The notes under the pieces: generated by a model
Databases searched by the model: none
Told to the model about the DNA's origin: nothing
Seen by the model: the letters and a program-made list of their open reading frames with translations, nothing else
NCBI GenBank assembly: GCA_044226015.1
Contig: JBGAHS010000008.1
Span: 256,001-320,000, forward strand
DNA from: Candidatus Obscuribacteraceae bacterium
GTDB taxonomy: Bacteria > Cyanobacteriota > Vampirovibrionia > Obscuribacterales > Obscuribacteraceae
Reading direction: 5' to 3'
Length of the DNA stretch: 64,000 nt
Shown: positions 36,745 to 47,079 of the stretch, piece by piece
How the letters are laid out: each line of letters opens with the position of its first letter
Numbering within the stretch: the first letter of the stretch is position 1
Program-made: the position numbers and the translations under genes

Positions 36745-38634
36745 ATGGCTAACACCTTTGCAGCCTGGGAACGCGAGTACAATGCCGGAGTTAACGCGCT
36801 TGATAGTGCCAACTTCAGCAAAGCAATTCAGCATCTGAAAAATGCGGTGGATTTGGCGCAAAACACCAACGCAATATTACCTGCACTGCACACGCGCTTG
36901 ATGCTCGCCGATGCGTACAGAATGGCTGGCGATCTAAAAACAGCGACAGAAGAATACAGCGACATTATTGCCAAAAGTACAAACAACCCTCAACTGCGAA
37001 CAGTTGAAATTCTTGCACAGGGATCGCTCGGAATGCTCTCCGCTGGAGTAAACCAGATGAAGGCAATCGGCGCACTCGAAAAGGCTGTTTCGATGATTCG
37101 ACAGACAAAGGTTGAGAGACTGCCCGACTTCGCTCCTTTGATTATGGGTCTAGCTGCGCTTTATATGGAAGCTGGAAATTTCGTCAAAGCAGAAGATGTC
37201 GCAAATTATGCGTTGAGCTACTCAAAAGAAACCCTCGGACCCCACGATGAGACAACCCTTGCTTGCATGAACCTTTGCGCAATCGTCGCACAACTTGCAG
37301 GAAAGCCTGACAAAGCAAATGACTTGAAGCGTGAAATAATTTCGAAAAAAGAAGGTGGACGCGGAGGCAAGATGAATATGCTTGGTATCAGTCAGTCGCT
37401 TTCAGATGTTCGACTTCCCGATGACACCGACAACGACACCACCAATTCAACTCGAAAAACGTCCTCAGGTTCTAAAGGCAAATCAGCAGCAGCTGACTCA
37501 AAGAAGAATAACACTTTGAAAAAGAGCACTAAGCAAATAGCGGAATCACCTGAAGCAGACGAAAAGACTCAGCATAAGCCTGGTCCAGAACTTACGATTC
37601 AGGCGTCAGAGTCTCAAGCCGATGACGCGACTTTGAAAAAGACCTCGGCAAAGGGAACTAATTCAGTATCCAAAAGCACACGTAAAGAAAGTGTTGAGTC
37701 CACTCCGCCATCAAATGTAGTGGCGTTCCCCAAGAAAAACACTGATACGAGCCGTTCAGAAGAGAAAGACAAGAAGAAAACCAGCTTGGAATCAAGCGTG
37801 AGTAATGCGACTCGAACTCCGAGAGAAAAATCACCTCTAGAATTAGCTGACGCGCTCGTGAGAGAAGCCTGGAACCAATCGAATGCGCAGGCCAGGAAAC
37901 TGGCGTGGGAGGCATTGGGTTTATCGAATGATTGCGCAAACGCTTACTTGCTTCTTGCGGATAAAGAGTTGCGTCCAAGCAAGCGAATAGCTTTATTTAG
38001 GCTAGCAATTGATACGGCAACTCGAACGCTCGAGCCTGGGTGGGAGGAACGTTATGCAGGTCATGGCTGGTTCGCATTAGAAACGCGCCCTCTCATAAGA
38101 GCGATGGCAATGCTGGCTTCAGAACTCCGAGAAAGAGAAGAATTGCAAGAAGCGCTTTCGATTTACGAAAGATTGCTCAAGCTAAATCCTGACGACAATC
38201 TTGGTACCAGATATGAATACGCGTGCTGCCTGTACGAAGCGCAATGTAATGATGAGCTAGAAAAATTGCTCAAGCAATATTCAGATGATGGAGGTGCGGC
38301 TCTGCTCTACACAAAGGCGCTCGCAGTGTTCAGGAAAGGACTTGACCAGAAGGCAGCAAACAAGGCGTTGCTCAAAGCTTTTGATGCGAATCCTTTTGTA
38401 CCATTGTTCATATCTGAAAGAGTTGAGCTGCCGAAAAAAGACCCTGTATCTTTAGCAGGTTTTGGTGATGAAAACGAAGCGGCAGAATACGTAAGAATCG
38501 GAATGCTGAATTGGCATGAAACCAACGGTGCAAGAAAATGGATGGCGAAGGTACTCGAAAAAGAGCTGATCAAATCCTTCGAGGATGTGAAGATGGTTAA
38601 GGACGTGATTGCAGAACTGCAAATCGACATTTAG
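36745..38634 (+). CDS. TPR protein: N-terminal TPRs, low-complexity linker, C-terminal TPR-like domain
   Basis: TLGPHDETT TPR motif. ETRPLIRAM, LNPDDNLGTRY and ANPFVP in the C-terminal domain. AGGAG SD. Confidence 0.85.
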   Translation: MANTFAAWEREYNAGVNALDSANFSKAIQHLKNAVDLAQNTNAILPALHTRLMLADAYRMAGDLKTATEEYSDIIAKSTNNPQLRTVEILAQGSLGMLSAGVNQMKAIGALEKAVSMIRQTKVERLPDFAPLIMGLAALYMEAGNFVKAEDVANYALSYSKETLGPHDETTLACMNLCAIVAQLAGKPDKANDLKREIISKKEGGRGGKMNMLGISQSLSDVRLPDDTDNDTTNSTRKTSSGSKGKSAAADSKKNNTLKKSTKQIAESPEADEKTQHKPGPELTIQASESQADDATLKKTSAKGTNSVSKSTRKESVESTPPSNVVAFPKKNTDTSRSEEKDKKKTSLESSVSNATRTPREKSPLELADALVREAWNQSNAQARKLAWEALGLSNDCANAYLLLADKELRPSKRIALFRLAIDTATRTLEPGWEERYAGHGWFALETRPLIRAMAMLASELREREELQEALSIYERLLKLNPDDNLGTRYEYACCLYEAQCNDELEKLLKQYSDDGGAALLYTKALAVFRKGLDQKAANKALLKAFDANPFVPLFISERVELPKKDPVSLAGFGDENEAAEYVRIGMLNWHETNGARKWMAKVLEKELIKSFEDVKMVKDVIAELQIDI

Positions 38635-38852
38635 ACACTTTTTCAAACTCGACTTTCCAATCGCCAAGCATAGCCCTGTTTCATGCGCCCGACAAAAACT
38701 CCGACTGCGGACGCTCCAATGAGCTTTGAAGTGTTTGCACTCAGTATTAGCATTATCTATCTCGGACCATTCGTGGCGCCGCTTATGGCTGGGTTTCAAT
38801 GCATCTAAATTTGTGGCCGGATGTAGGGGACGTTTATTAGGATCCTTTTTCA

Positions 38853-39437
38853 CTACCGCGAACTTTGTTTATTCTGCTCATCAATAAGTTTGTCTAATCG
38901 CTCAAGGTCTTTCGGACGTCCACCATGTTGGTAGCAAACCTGTCGAGCAATCTTGAATTCGTTGATTGCGTCAACGTGCTTTCCCTTCTTGCCAAAAACC
39001 TTACCTAACTGTTCATGAACAGAGCCCCCAAGAGATTCGAACTTCAAAGCCTGGTTTAGACTCTGCTCCGCCAAAATTAGCTTATGTTGCTCTTCAAAGA
39101 TACCGGCGCGATTTGTATAGGACATGGAAAGATATTCGCGATTTTCTTGAGATATAGCGCGTTTCTTCAAAATTACAATTGCTAGGTCTTCGTCGGCCAG
39201 CGCGTCATTTTGCTTGCCCAGCTTCGACAGGACCGCACCACGATTTATTCTTAAGACCGGATCGTCAGGATTTTTTATTATTAGCCGATTCAAGATTTCA
39301 GCCGCAAGCGAAAACTTACTTTGAGAACATAGTTCGGTGGCTGCTGCGACAGAGTCTTCACAAAACCCAGGAATGTTCCACTGGAAACAAAAGAAGACAA
39401 TCAAAATAAAATTGCTAGCCCTATTTCTGTTTTGCAT
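38853..39437 (-). CDS. Exported TPR protein
   Basis: Signal peptide and TPR helices (INRGAVLSKLGK, YTNRAGIF). Confidence 0.8.
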   Translation of the reverse strand: MQNRNRASNFILIVFFCFQWNIPGFCEDSVAAATELCSQSKFSLAAEILNRLIIKNPDDPVLRINRGAVLSKLGKQNDALADEDLAIVILKKRAISQENREYLSMSYTNRAGIFEEQHKLILAEQSLNQALKFESLGGSVHEQLGKVFGKKGKHVDAINEFKIARQVCYQHGGRPKDLERLDKLIDEQNKQSSR

Positions 39438-39465
39438 TTTCTCTTGCTCGCTGCAATAAGGTTAC

Positions 39466-39987
39466 TCAAAATGACTGTGCCGCCCAGGCAGCCCTGGTCA
39501 ATCGATAAACAACACTTTCATTGCCGAATCGCAACTGAGTGCCGACATACTCAGCGCCGATTTTCTCCACAGCTTTGCGCGAGCGTGCGTTATTCGGACC
39601 AATATAGAAAAGAACGTTATCTACAAACTTGAAGGCATGGTCAAGCATCAGCTTTTTCATTTCGCGATTATAGCTACCGCCCCAATGTTCAGTCGTTAGA
39701 AACGTCCAGCCAATCTCAACTTCACTATTTGCTTCGTTGTATCCGTGATAGCGGGTGGATCCAATAATCTTGCCGCTAGCGTTCGAAACGACGGCAAATG
39801 CGCCACCAGATGCGATGGCACCATCAAAATAGCCTTGAAAAACTTCCTTCTTGTAGCGATCTGAATTGGGGTGCTGCTCCCATATTTTGGGGTCGGAAGC
39901 CGCGGCATATAGCTCAGCATAATCCTCTGGCTGTAACGGTTTCAGATTTAAAAGCTCTCCAACGAGAGTGGGCTGCAATTCAAACAC
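39466..39987 (-). CDS. GNAT N-acetyltransferase (RimJ/RimL-like)
   Basis: IIGSTRY, VEIGWTFL and NARSRKAVEKIGA. GTG start overlaps the upstream gene. Confidence 0.9.
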   Translation of the reverse strand: MFELQPTLVGELLNLKPLQPEDYAELYAAASDPKIWEQHPNSDRYKKEVFQGYFDGAIASGGAFAVVSNASGKIIGSTRYHGYNEANSEVEIGWTFLTTEHWGGSYNREMKKLMLDHAFKFVDNVLFYIGPNNARSRKAVEKIGAEYVGTQLRFGNESVVYRLTRAAWAAQSF

Positions 39988-40504
39988 TTTTCTCTCCAGA
40001 ACTGGCTTTCTGACGACTCTCGGCTCGCACATCCCTGACGCTCCTCAGCATATGTGCTTCAAATTCCAGGCTCAGCCCCTGCTCATTGATAAGCGCCTTT
40101 AGCTTTTCCGCATACTTCAAATGAACACTTTCTTCATCTTGAGGGTCAATCTGACCAACAAATTTCTTGTAGGCTCCGCAATCTTCATGACCAAGTACAA
40201 GCACCTTGCTGATGTTGTGCAAAGACTTGGACAACTTAAGATGGTCGAGAAAGAAGTCCCTCCAATGAGGCTTTGGTTCGGGTCCAAAGTCGATTACAGG
40301 TCCGAGTTCAGCGCCAGCAACAATTACATGATCGTAATCGCCAACCAACCCCTTCGCTCTAATCACATCTTCAACTTCATCGAAGAAGCGAAAATCAATG
40401 CAAGTTAGCAAAAGAACTGACGCGTGATGATCAGGCGTATCGCCCTGATTCATTTCATCAAGCACGTCCGACATTTCATTGAGAGAAATCGAATAATGAC
40501 TCAT
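39980..40504 (-). CDS. Beta-class carbonic anhydrase
   Basis: Zn-ligand motifs CIDFR and HEDCG. Confidence 0.85.
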   Translation of the reverse strand: MSHYSISLNEMSDVLDEMNQGDTPDHHASVLLLTCIDFRFFDEVEDVIRAKGLVGDYDHVIVAGAELGPVIDFGPEPKPHWRDFFLDHLKLSKSLHNISKVLVLGHEDCGAYKKFVGQIDPQDEESVHLKYAEKLKALINEQGLSLEFEAHMLRSVRDVRAESRQKASSGEKSV

Positions 40505-40518
40505 GATTTTTTTCCTAC

Positions 40519-41265
40519 TTAATCGGCACCGTTGATATAAAGCACAATCATTTCTTTCCAATACGGCCAATCATGCGCGAATCCATCCCATCTGCGGAAG
40601 GCGTGCCAAATATCTTTCGCCCACAGTTCATGCGTAAACATTTCGTTTCCTGGAAAAAGTGGGTCAGTCTCTCCCATCGCAAAAATGATTTCGACCTCTT
40701 TGATTTTTTTGATAAGTTCAGGATCCTTCAATTGTTTGATGTATTCATTGGGATCACACTGCAAAATGTACTCGTCGTAGTAATGATAGACCCAGTGAAA
40801 AATCGGATGAGGCGCGCTCATCTGATGCAAATCATAAGGACCACTAAAACCGATGGTGCGATTGAAATGTTCAGGATAACGCAAAGCAATATTTATCGCA
40901 TGGTATGCACCCATGCTCGCGCCCAAAGCTGTGACGAAATCTGTTTCATTCTTTGATTTTGTGTAAGGAAGAACTTCGTCCACAACATATTTTTGATAAG
41001 CAAGATGGCGCTTGGCTTTATCCGTGGGATGCGCAGCGGTGTTCCACCAGCTCTCGGGGTCAACGCTGTCAACAAAAATCATTTGCAAGGAGCCATTCTC
41101 TATCTGATCGCGCACGGGCTCAAGCATGCCGCGATTTTCCCAATCATAGAAACGCCCATTTGAAACGGGGAACACAATAACGCGAGCTCCCGAATGCCCA
41201 AACGTGAGCAACTCCATGTCTCTGTCGAGAGTCTTACTGTACCATTTTGAGTATTCGCGCTTCAT
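40519..41265 (-). CDS. Alpha/beta-hydrolase esterase family protein
   Basis: GASMG nucleophile elbow and AHDWPYW. Confidence 0.9.
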   Translation of the reverse strand: MKREYSKWYSKTLDRDMELLTFGHSGARVIVFPVSNGRFYDWENRGMLEPVRDQIENGSLQMIFVDSVDPESWWNTAAHPTDKAKRHLAYQKYVVDEVLPYTKSKNETDFVTALGASMGAYHAINIALRYPEHFNRTIGFSGPYDLHQMSAPHPIFHWVYHYYDEYILQCDPNEYIKQLKDPELIKKIKEVEIIFAMGETDPLFPGNEMFTHELWAKDIWHAFRRWDGFAHDWPYWKEMIVLYINGAD

Positions 41266-41546
41266 GCCGGGTGGATTCCTCTGGGTCGCTCAATAACTCG
41301 ACCATTATAATCCACCTTTTTGAAAGCATTGCCAGCCCATTGGCTTTCAGGGTTGTCAACATCGCCAGGGGCACAATGAGCTGTTGTGGAAACGGGTCAT
41401 TGTTCTTGCATCAACACAGAAGAGACCAACGAAATTCCTCGCGCTCACGAGTCTAGGCATTCGTAATTATGGACCCTGGGATCGCCGCCATCCTGGCGGC
41501 TTCGGGTTCACTATAACTGCAGAAGTAATTGACGGGTTTTACAAAA

Positions 41547-42254
41547 TCATGACTTGCGAATATCTTGTCCATCTCGGGTAAACACCCATGAAGAGCCGTT
41601 GCGCCCTTGATAGTGGATGTTTCCATTCTTATCAACATTCATATCGCCTTCCCACACTGAACCATTATCACGATTGATCCAGCTTGAGCGCCCTTGTGCA
41701 TCAGTGCTGCGATCCCAGCGACCTAAATGCCCATCAATTGAATCAACTTTGTTGTTTTCGTCGTAATGGAATTTGCGCACCTTACCGTCAGTTCCCTTTG
41801 TTTCAACAACATTGTTGTTGCCATCGGTGTCGACAAACCAGGGCTTATTGGTTTTGGGATCAACCTCAGAATGGCTTGTGCTGCCATCTCCATACTTGTA
41901 TGTTCCAGAGACAGAGTTGCCAGTTCGGGTGTTGTATTCCCAATGAGAGGAGGAATTATTGTCGTTTGTGTAATCTTCAGATTTACGCCTGCCAGTATTC
42001 TTATCATACTCGGTGTGGATTTTGGTGTGCTCATCCATCGCAGTATCTGCAGATTTCAAATCGCCACTATCATAAAATGTGAGTGGTGGCAGTCCATCAG
42101 ACGGCTTTTCTTTCTGATCCTTTTGAATCTGTTCCGCAATCTGCTTGCGCTGATCAGGGCTCAATTTGTGCAGCTCTACTGCGGCATCTTCAATGTGTCC
42201 CGATTTGATTTCTTTCTCAATTGCTTGTGCTTTGTCTTGTACATCCGCGCCCAT
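41547..42254 (-). CDS. Hypothetical protein with YD-like beta-hairpin repeats
   Basis: EYDKNTG, EYNTRTG and FHYDENNK repeats. GAGG SD. Confidence 0.7.
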   Translation of the reverse strand: MGADVQDKAQAIEKEIKSGHIEDAAVELHKLSPDQRKQIAEQIQKDQKEKPSDGLPPLTFYDSGDLKSADTAMDEHTKIHTEYDKNTGRRKSEDYTNDNNSSSHWEYNTRTGNSVSGTYKYGDGSTSHSEVDPKTNKPWFVDTDGNNNVVETKGTDGKVRKFHYDENNKVDSIDGHLGRWDRSTDAQGRSSWINRDNGSVWEGDMNVDKNGNIHYQGRNGSSWVFTRDGQDIRKS

Positions 42255-42347
42255 GATCTAGTCCTCACCAACCTTTATGATTGTGAGATTACGCGAAATT
42301 TGTATACAAGTTGTTTACGCCTGAAAGCCTTGAACTGCATAGATTTA

Positions 42348-42471
42348 TGTCGCGAGGACGCTGCAAGAATCTTGTCGCAAGGATGCTGTAAGAATCTTGT
42401 CGCAAGGATGCTGCAAGAATCTTGTCGCAAGGATGCGGCACAGTCTTGTCGCTAGGATGCTGCACACTTCT
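42348..42471. repeat. 25-bp tandem repeat, five copies
   Basis: Consensus TGTCGCAAGGATGCTGCAAGAATCT. Units start at 42348, 42373, 42398, 42423 and 42447. Confidence 0.92.
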
Positions 42472-42539
42472 TGCTTCAATCCAGCCACCTGGTCATCTCG
42501 TCATCTCGTCAAACTGCAATTTGCCAAGCAACGCAAAGC

Positions 42540-43235
42540 CTATTCGGGTTTCACCAAAACGAACTTGCCTTTTGGTATCTCAGGGTATGCAAAACCAAAC
42601 TCATTAAGATTCGGCACAGGCTTAACTTCCGAAGGCTTCTTCAAGAAGACAGTTGCCTTCCCATTAGAAAGTTCGCAACAACCATTCGGAGCATAAACCG
42701 GATTATCAGGCAATAACTTTGCCAGTTGTTTTGCAATACCATTTTCGGCAGCACTGCCCGACTCACACCCGAGCAAACGAATTGGCTGATGTGGCGCAAC
42801 ATGTTCCTTGATTAGCGCAACCATTGTTTCCGCACTATACTCCTTGCGTCCCTGATGAAGTCCATAATAAATATGGAAATCATCTTTGTCAGAATGGGTG
42901 AATACTGGAAAATATTTATCAGGATCGGAATAAATTTGGGCTTCACCACTCATGGTGTCAGCGGGTCCCAAAATCATCAAACCACCATTTGGCGTCTTCT
43001 CGGCGAGTTGCTGCGCAAGAGTCTCACCACTTCGATACACCCAATCTAATAACGATGGGCTCGAAGTTTTACGTTCCCTTGCATCGGATGAATGCGCATG
43101 CTTTGCAGCGACTTTGGCATTGGGCTCTTCAGTTGTGAGATATGAGTCATCGAAGAAGATCGATTCTGCAGGAGCAGGAGCGTCCAAATTATTCGCTCGT
43201 TTCGCCGATGACTGCTCATTCATTACATCAAACAA
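42540..43235 (-). CDS. Protein with C-terminal peptidase C80/caspase-like His-Cys domain
   Basis: VFTHSD...IRLLGCESG...AKQLAKLL...VYAPNG. Confidence 0.6.
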   Translation of the reverse strand: MFDVMNEQSSAKRANNLDAPAPAESIFFDDSYLTTEEPNAKVAAKHAHSSDARERKTSSPSLLDWVYRSGETLAQQLAEKTPNGGLMILGPADTMSGEAQIYSDPDKYFPVFTHSDKDDFHIYYGLHQGRKEYSAETMVALIKEHVAPHQPIRLLGCESGSAAENGIAKQLAKLLPDNPVYAPNGCCELSNGKATVFLKKPSEVKPVPNLNEFGFAYPEIPKGKFVLVKPE

Positions 43236-43425
43236 ATTTGTTTCCTCTCGGGCAATCGAATAGAAGGGCGCTAAAGAACAGACAACAGGCTAATTTCAGC
43301 GCGCTCAAATGTTTTCCAGGCGCCGAATTTGCTAGTGATTGAACTCATTCATTTTGCCAAACGCTTTTGAAATTTTCCTGAAAGCATATACAAAGGGCGT
43401 CAGCTGCCTATGCATCAATGCAATG

Positions 43426-44112
43426 TTAGTTAGAACGCAGACCCAAGAAAGCGACAAGAGTGATGGTCGAAACTGCAAGGGCGAACATCACAGCGAGCGT
43501 CGCCCGCAGCGCTGAGAGTTGCTGCAGCTGCCGCATTCCAAAAATGTTCAAAACCGCAGCATAAAATGGTGCAAGTAAATTCAAGACGGGAACAGCGCAA
43601 AGTAACCATGCTGCACTTCCTAACGAGTAGGCAGCGAGCGTTGCGCGAAAGACTCCAGCACAACCAAGCAGGCGCGCGACGAGGTGTGCGATTCCGGCTT
43701 GAAGAGCGGTGCTGCTGATGATTGTGCAAAAGAATCCACCAAAAAGAAATGCGGCGAGCTTGACTGTTAGCAACGCAACTTGCGCACCGCCACTAGCGGC
43801 AAAGGATTCGACCGCGGACGGAACTTTCTCGGGCGGTATGCCGGCTGCAATAGCAATTAGAGGTGTCAGCAGGACACCAAATAAGACTATGAATGCGGAG
43901 AGAATCGATGCGAAAGATTCCGCGACAACGAAGAAAATGAGCGAGAGACCAAGGGCATTCAACATTGCTGCTAGCAGAGCTGTTTTCACAAGATAGATCA
44001 CGCTCTCGCGATAGCTAAAGGGCTCAGCGATCTGCGCAAAGGCTTCGCGCGGCGAAAGCAAGACGCGCTTTGTTTGTGACCACCACGAAGTTTTTGGGAT
44101 GCCGGAATCCAT
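43426..44112 (-). CDS. Yip1-family membrane protein
   Basis: VLLSPREAFAQI N-terminus, HLVARLLG and about five TM helices. Confidence 0.8.
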   Translation of the reverse strand: MDSGIPKTSWWSQTKRVLLSPREAFAQIAEPFSYRESVIYLVKTALLAAMLNALGLSLIFFVVAESFASILSAFIVLFGVLLTPLIAIAAGIPPEKVPSAVESFAASGGAQVALLTVKLAAFLFGGFFCTIISSTALQAGIAHLVARLLGCAGVFRATLAAYSLGSAAWLLCAVPVLNLLAPFYAAVLNIFGMRQLQQLSALRATLAVMFALAVSTITLVAFLGLRSN

Positions 44113-44627
44113 TGCTGCTCACCGCTACGCGGTCATTATAGCAGACGGCTAGCTCTGAGCAGCCAGACTCAGAAATGCGTTAGCACAAAAAGCGCGTCAA
44201 CCATAATGCTCGATCATTCAAGCCAACTCAATCGCCAGAGCCCGTGGTTAGCTTGCCTCAATCTCCCGACAGATTCTCCTGGATGTCGCGCAGTTCCAGC
44301 ACTCGCTGCTTCACGAAGTCAACTTTCTTGCCCATGTCAGCTATCGATGCTTCATTGCCATTTTGCTCTGACGGCGCGTTCAATTTGAATTTGTCTATCA
44401 TCGCGAACTCTTTGTTCTGAAAATTCAGCCAGGCTCGCTGGGAATCACGCATCGATGTGAATCGACATGGGAATCCCCACAAGCGTCGCGTAGAACAGGA
44501 CCTGAAGCAGATGTTAGCTTACTCAACAAGCCCTATTCCCGCGGATTGCGGCAGGATATATACAAACAACTGTCTTGCAGATACGTCAGCAGCATGCGAG
44601 ATTTGCACAGACCCTGGGAGAAACGAA

Positions 44628-45353
44628 ATGCCGAAAGCCTCCATTACAAAAGCCACCACTATTTTGCAAACAACGCAAGCGAAGGAGGCAAACATCGAGC
44701 AAGCTTTTGCGAACTTTCTAGAGGAGCTCGGCTCCCCGGCATTAGCGGCAAAAGCCCGTCCAGTAGTTGATGTGCTCAGTAAGTTTCTCAACAACAATGA
44801 AGCAACAGAGTGGCGCCAAAATCCATCATTTACGGAACGCGAAAAGCCCTCTGCAATGATCAAATATCTGGATCGCTATCTTCGATACAACTTGCTAAGA
44901 GAGCTGCGACTCAGTTTTGAGCAAATAGAGTATTTGTCCTATGGCACTTATGCTCTAGTTGAATGGTTGGGTTTCAAAAATTATCTCTCAAAGAGAGACG
45001 TGGTGGAGTTCGAATTTCTAAGAGACTCGCAATTATCAAAATGGGAACGAGCATATACAGCCGCGGAGAGCATCGATACTGCGATTCACAAAAGCAAAGC
45101 TCTAGACTGCACCGGAGAAGAGATTGAGTTTGAAAGGCATGACATAGCAGAGATAAAGGACAACCAAATTTGGCTCGAAATCTGGTCGCCACCCATTCTG
45201 CCAAAAGAGCGCCACATAGGACCTATCACATTGCCGAAAAATGTGACGCGCTTGCTTGAAAAAGGATGGATCATAAGCTGCGCTCTTCAACAAACAAAGC
45301 AAGGCTGGAAGATAGTCGAAAGCGGAAACGTTTACCCTGCGCTGCCTTACTAG
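44628..45353 (+). CDS. Hypothetical protein (frame open from 44457)
   Basis: GGAG SD before ATG 44628. Conserved-looking C-terminus GPITLP...GWKIVESGNVYP. Confidence 0.7.
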   Translation: MPKASITKATTILQTTQAKEANIEQAFANFLEELGSPALAAKARPVVDVLSKFLNNNEATEWRQNPSFTEREKPSAMIKYLDRYLRYNLLRELRLSFEQIEYLSYGTYALVEWLGFKNYLSKRDVVEFEFLRDSQLSKWERAYTAAESIDTAIHKSKALDCTGEEIEFERHDIAEIKDNQIWLEIWSPPILPKERHIGPITLPKNVTRLLEKGWIISCALQQTKQGWKIVESGNVYPALPY

Positions 45354-45611
45354 GCAAGCCATCTTCATGGCGTACCGACGCCCCACCGCGCTTTTCTGCC
45401 GATTGCCATGTCTCAGCTACTGGGCTCGCAACGCGAATTGACAAATCTGTCGCAAGAAGCCCTGCACCAATTTTGCCACCATGAGCAATTCCAAACTCGC
45501 GAACATTGCAAAAATATCAAAGTAAATAAGTGGTGCCACACTGAGCGGTTGGTCTAACTAGCGCTAACCGAATTACGCTAAGAGAGACATCAGCTAATTC
45601 TTCAATGCAAG

Positions 45612-45806
45612 CTATGAGCCAAAGAGTTCAATGAGCAGCGAACGCGCAGCATCCGGATTCTCCCGCAAATAGGCTTTGAAGCCATCGTAAACGGTGGATT
45701 TGACATGGCGCTGCAATTCTTCTTTGTTCAACCAGCGCAGTGACGCCGCATCAGATTTGATGGACAAAATACCGCTGACCCTATTGCGGTATTCCCGGAC
45801 CGTCAT
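45612..45806 (-). pseudogene. Remnant resembling the end of a GyrB transducer domain
   Basis: VSGILSIK...VYDGFKAYLRENPDAARSL resembles ISTVLSTK...FRDYLMRNNSDAMSL in 53064-54179. Confidence 0.5.
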
Positions 45807-45900
45807 CCTCGACGGTGACTGAGCCGTCTTTGTTTAGTGCGACAGCGATGGAATGAACATCGCCCCGGCGGCCACTTGCCAAAAGAGCGCCAGACTGTGC

Positions 45901-46431
45901 TCACCAGGTTCCATTTGCACGAAAGCTTGCTTCAGTTTCTTGCAAAATGTTTTGCCAGTTCGAATCACGCGGACCGATATTTATTTCTTGTACAGCGAAT
46001 CTGACAACATCTTCGAGAGGCACTCTACCAGTCGGAATGTGCCTGTTCACGAGGTTGTGGTTCGTGGCTCGTGCGTCGTCTCTTATGTGCAAGTGCGCTT
46101 CAAAACTGTTGTTTTGCCGACGGTGATAATGCCAATCGATAATCCGTTCATTGGAACGCGGACTCCACAGAACATAGATGTAGTGAAGGGTTGAAATTCG
46201 AAAATTATCAGCCTCAAAAATTTGAATTCGCTGAGAAGCATCCAAGAACAATGTCTCACGCCCACGCTGGAGTCGCAACAGGTTTCCGCCACTGTTGCGA
46301 TCCTCTGACGCTAAGACATACTCGTCATTTGAAATCGGATAAGTGTACGCCCAAGCATTTGCCACGCAGTTCAGAATCATGCCGATCTGGCGTTGGTATT
46401 CTGTAAGCGCTTGTTCTCTACTTCGAAACAT
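45901..46431 (-). CDS. Putative toxin of a two-gene TA-like module (loosely TumE/DUF6516-like)
   Basis: His-rich WHYH...AHLHI...HIPTGRVPLEDVVRF. 14-nt overlap with the upstream small gene. Confidence 0.65.
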   Translation of the reverse strand: MFRSREQALTEYQRQIGMILNCVANAWAYTYPISNDEYVLASEDRNSGGNLLRLQRGRETLFLDASQRIQIFEADNFRISTLHYIYVLWSPRSNERIIDWHYHRRQNNSFEAHLHIRDDARATNHNLVNRHIPTGRVPLEDVVRFAVQEINIGPRDSNWQNILQETEASFRANGTW

Positions 46432-46621
46432 TCTCGGCGAGAGGAAGAATTATCATAAGGGAATCATAATGAGGATTGCTTTTGAATTCTTCACGCCGCT
46501 TCAAAAACTCTTCGGCAGAAATGCCCAAACGTTCTCGTACGCACTTATCAAAAAATGCCCAAGCTTCTTCCTTGGTGAGTTGATGAGCTTCTTCATTCTT
46601 AGGATTGATAACGACGGACAA
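46418..46621 (-). CDS. Small putative antitoxin, 67 aa
   Basis: TTG start after GGAG. Helix FFDKCVRERLGISAEEFLKR. Coupled to the downstream gene. Confidence 0.6.
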   Translation of the reverse strand: MSVVINPKNEEAHQLTKEEAWAFFDKCVRERLGISAEEFLKRREEFKSNPHYDSLMIILPLAENVSK

Positions 46622-46814
46622 GGCTAAACTCCCTTTAATTCTTGCATTATAGAACTTTCTGACTGCCTTGAAAAGTGAAAAGTGCCATAAATCCGCCCTT
46701 CCGCCCGAAATTAATGAAATCAATGCTCAAGCCGGATGCCGCAAACCCCTGCTGTGCTTATGTTTAGGGTATTTGCCTCCAGATTAGAGATGACGACAAA
46801 GGTCACTAAGCGCC

Positions 46815-47035
46815 ATAACATAAATCAGACGATCTTGGTTCGGCGACAAAAAGACCGTGTGATCTGAATTTTTCAATGTGATTGTCTGCTACCTTCATTG
46901 CCGCCTCACTGGTAGAGACTTCCTAATCAATGCCTGTATTCTCATTTCGCCTTCGGGCTTGGCGACGTGCTGCGTTCTTTTCTTTTTCTGCGGCTTTCTT
47001 ATTCATTCGCACAGATTCACCAAAATAAAAATCGA
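46815..47035 (-). pseudogene. Degenerate copy of 58035-58260 (3' end of paralog A plus 5' end of paralog B)
   Basis: Highly similar nucleotide sequence encoding DFYFGESVRMNKKAAEKEKN and MKVADNHIEK...AEPRSSD. Confidence 0.9.
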
Positions 47036-47079
47036 AGATAGCATCAATCATTGTGTGATCTAGATTCTCTCTTCCAATT

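Noticed and set aside
41766..42716. Plus-strand ORFs spanning the 25-bp repeats
   Set aside because: They are antisense to better-supported genes or derived from the repeat.
45530..45575. tRNA 3'-end remnant / att site (TGGTGCC...)
   Set aside because: No T-loop (TCGAA-like) at the expected distance and no integrase nearby.
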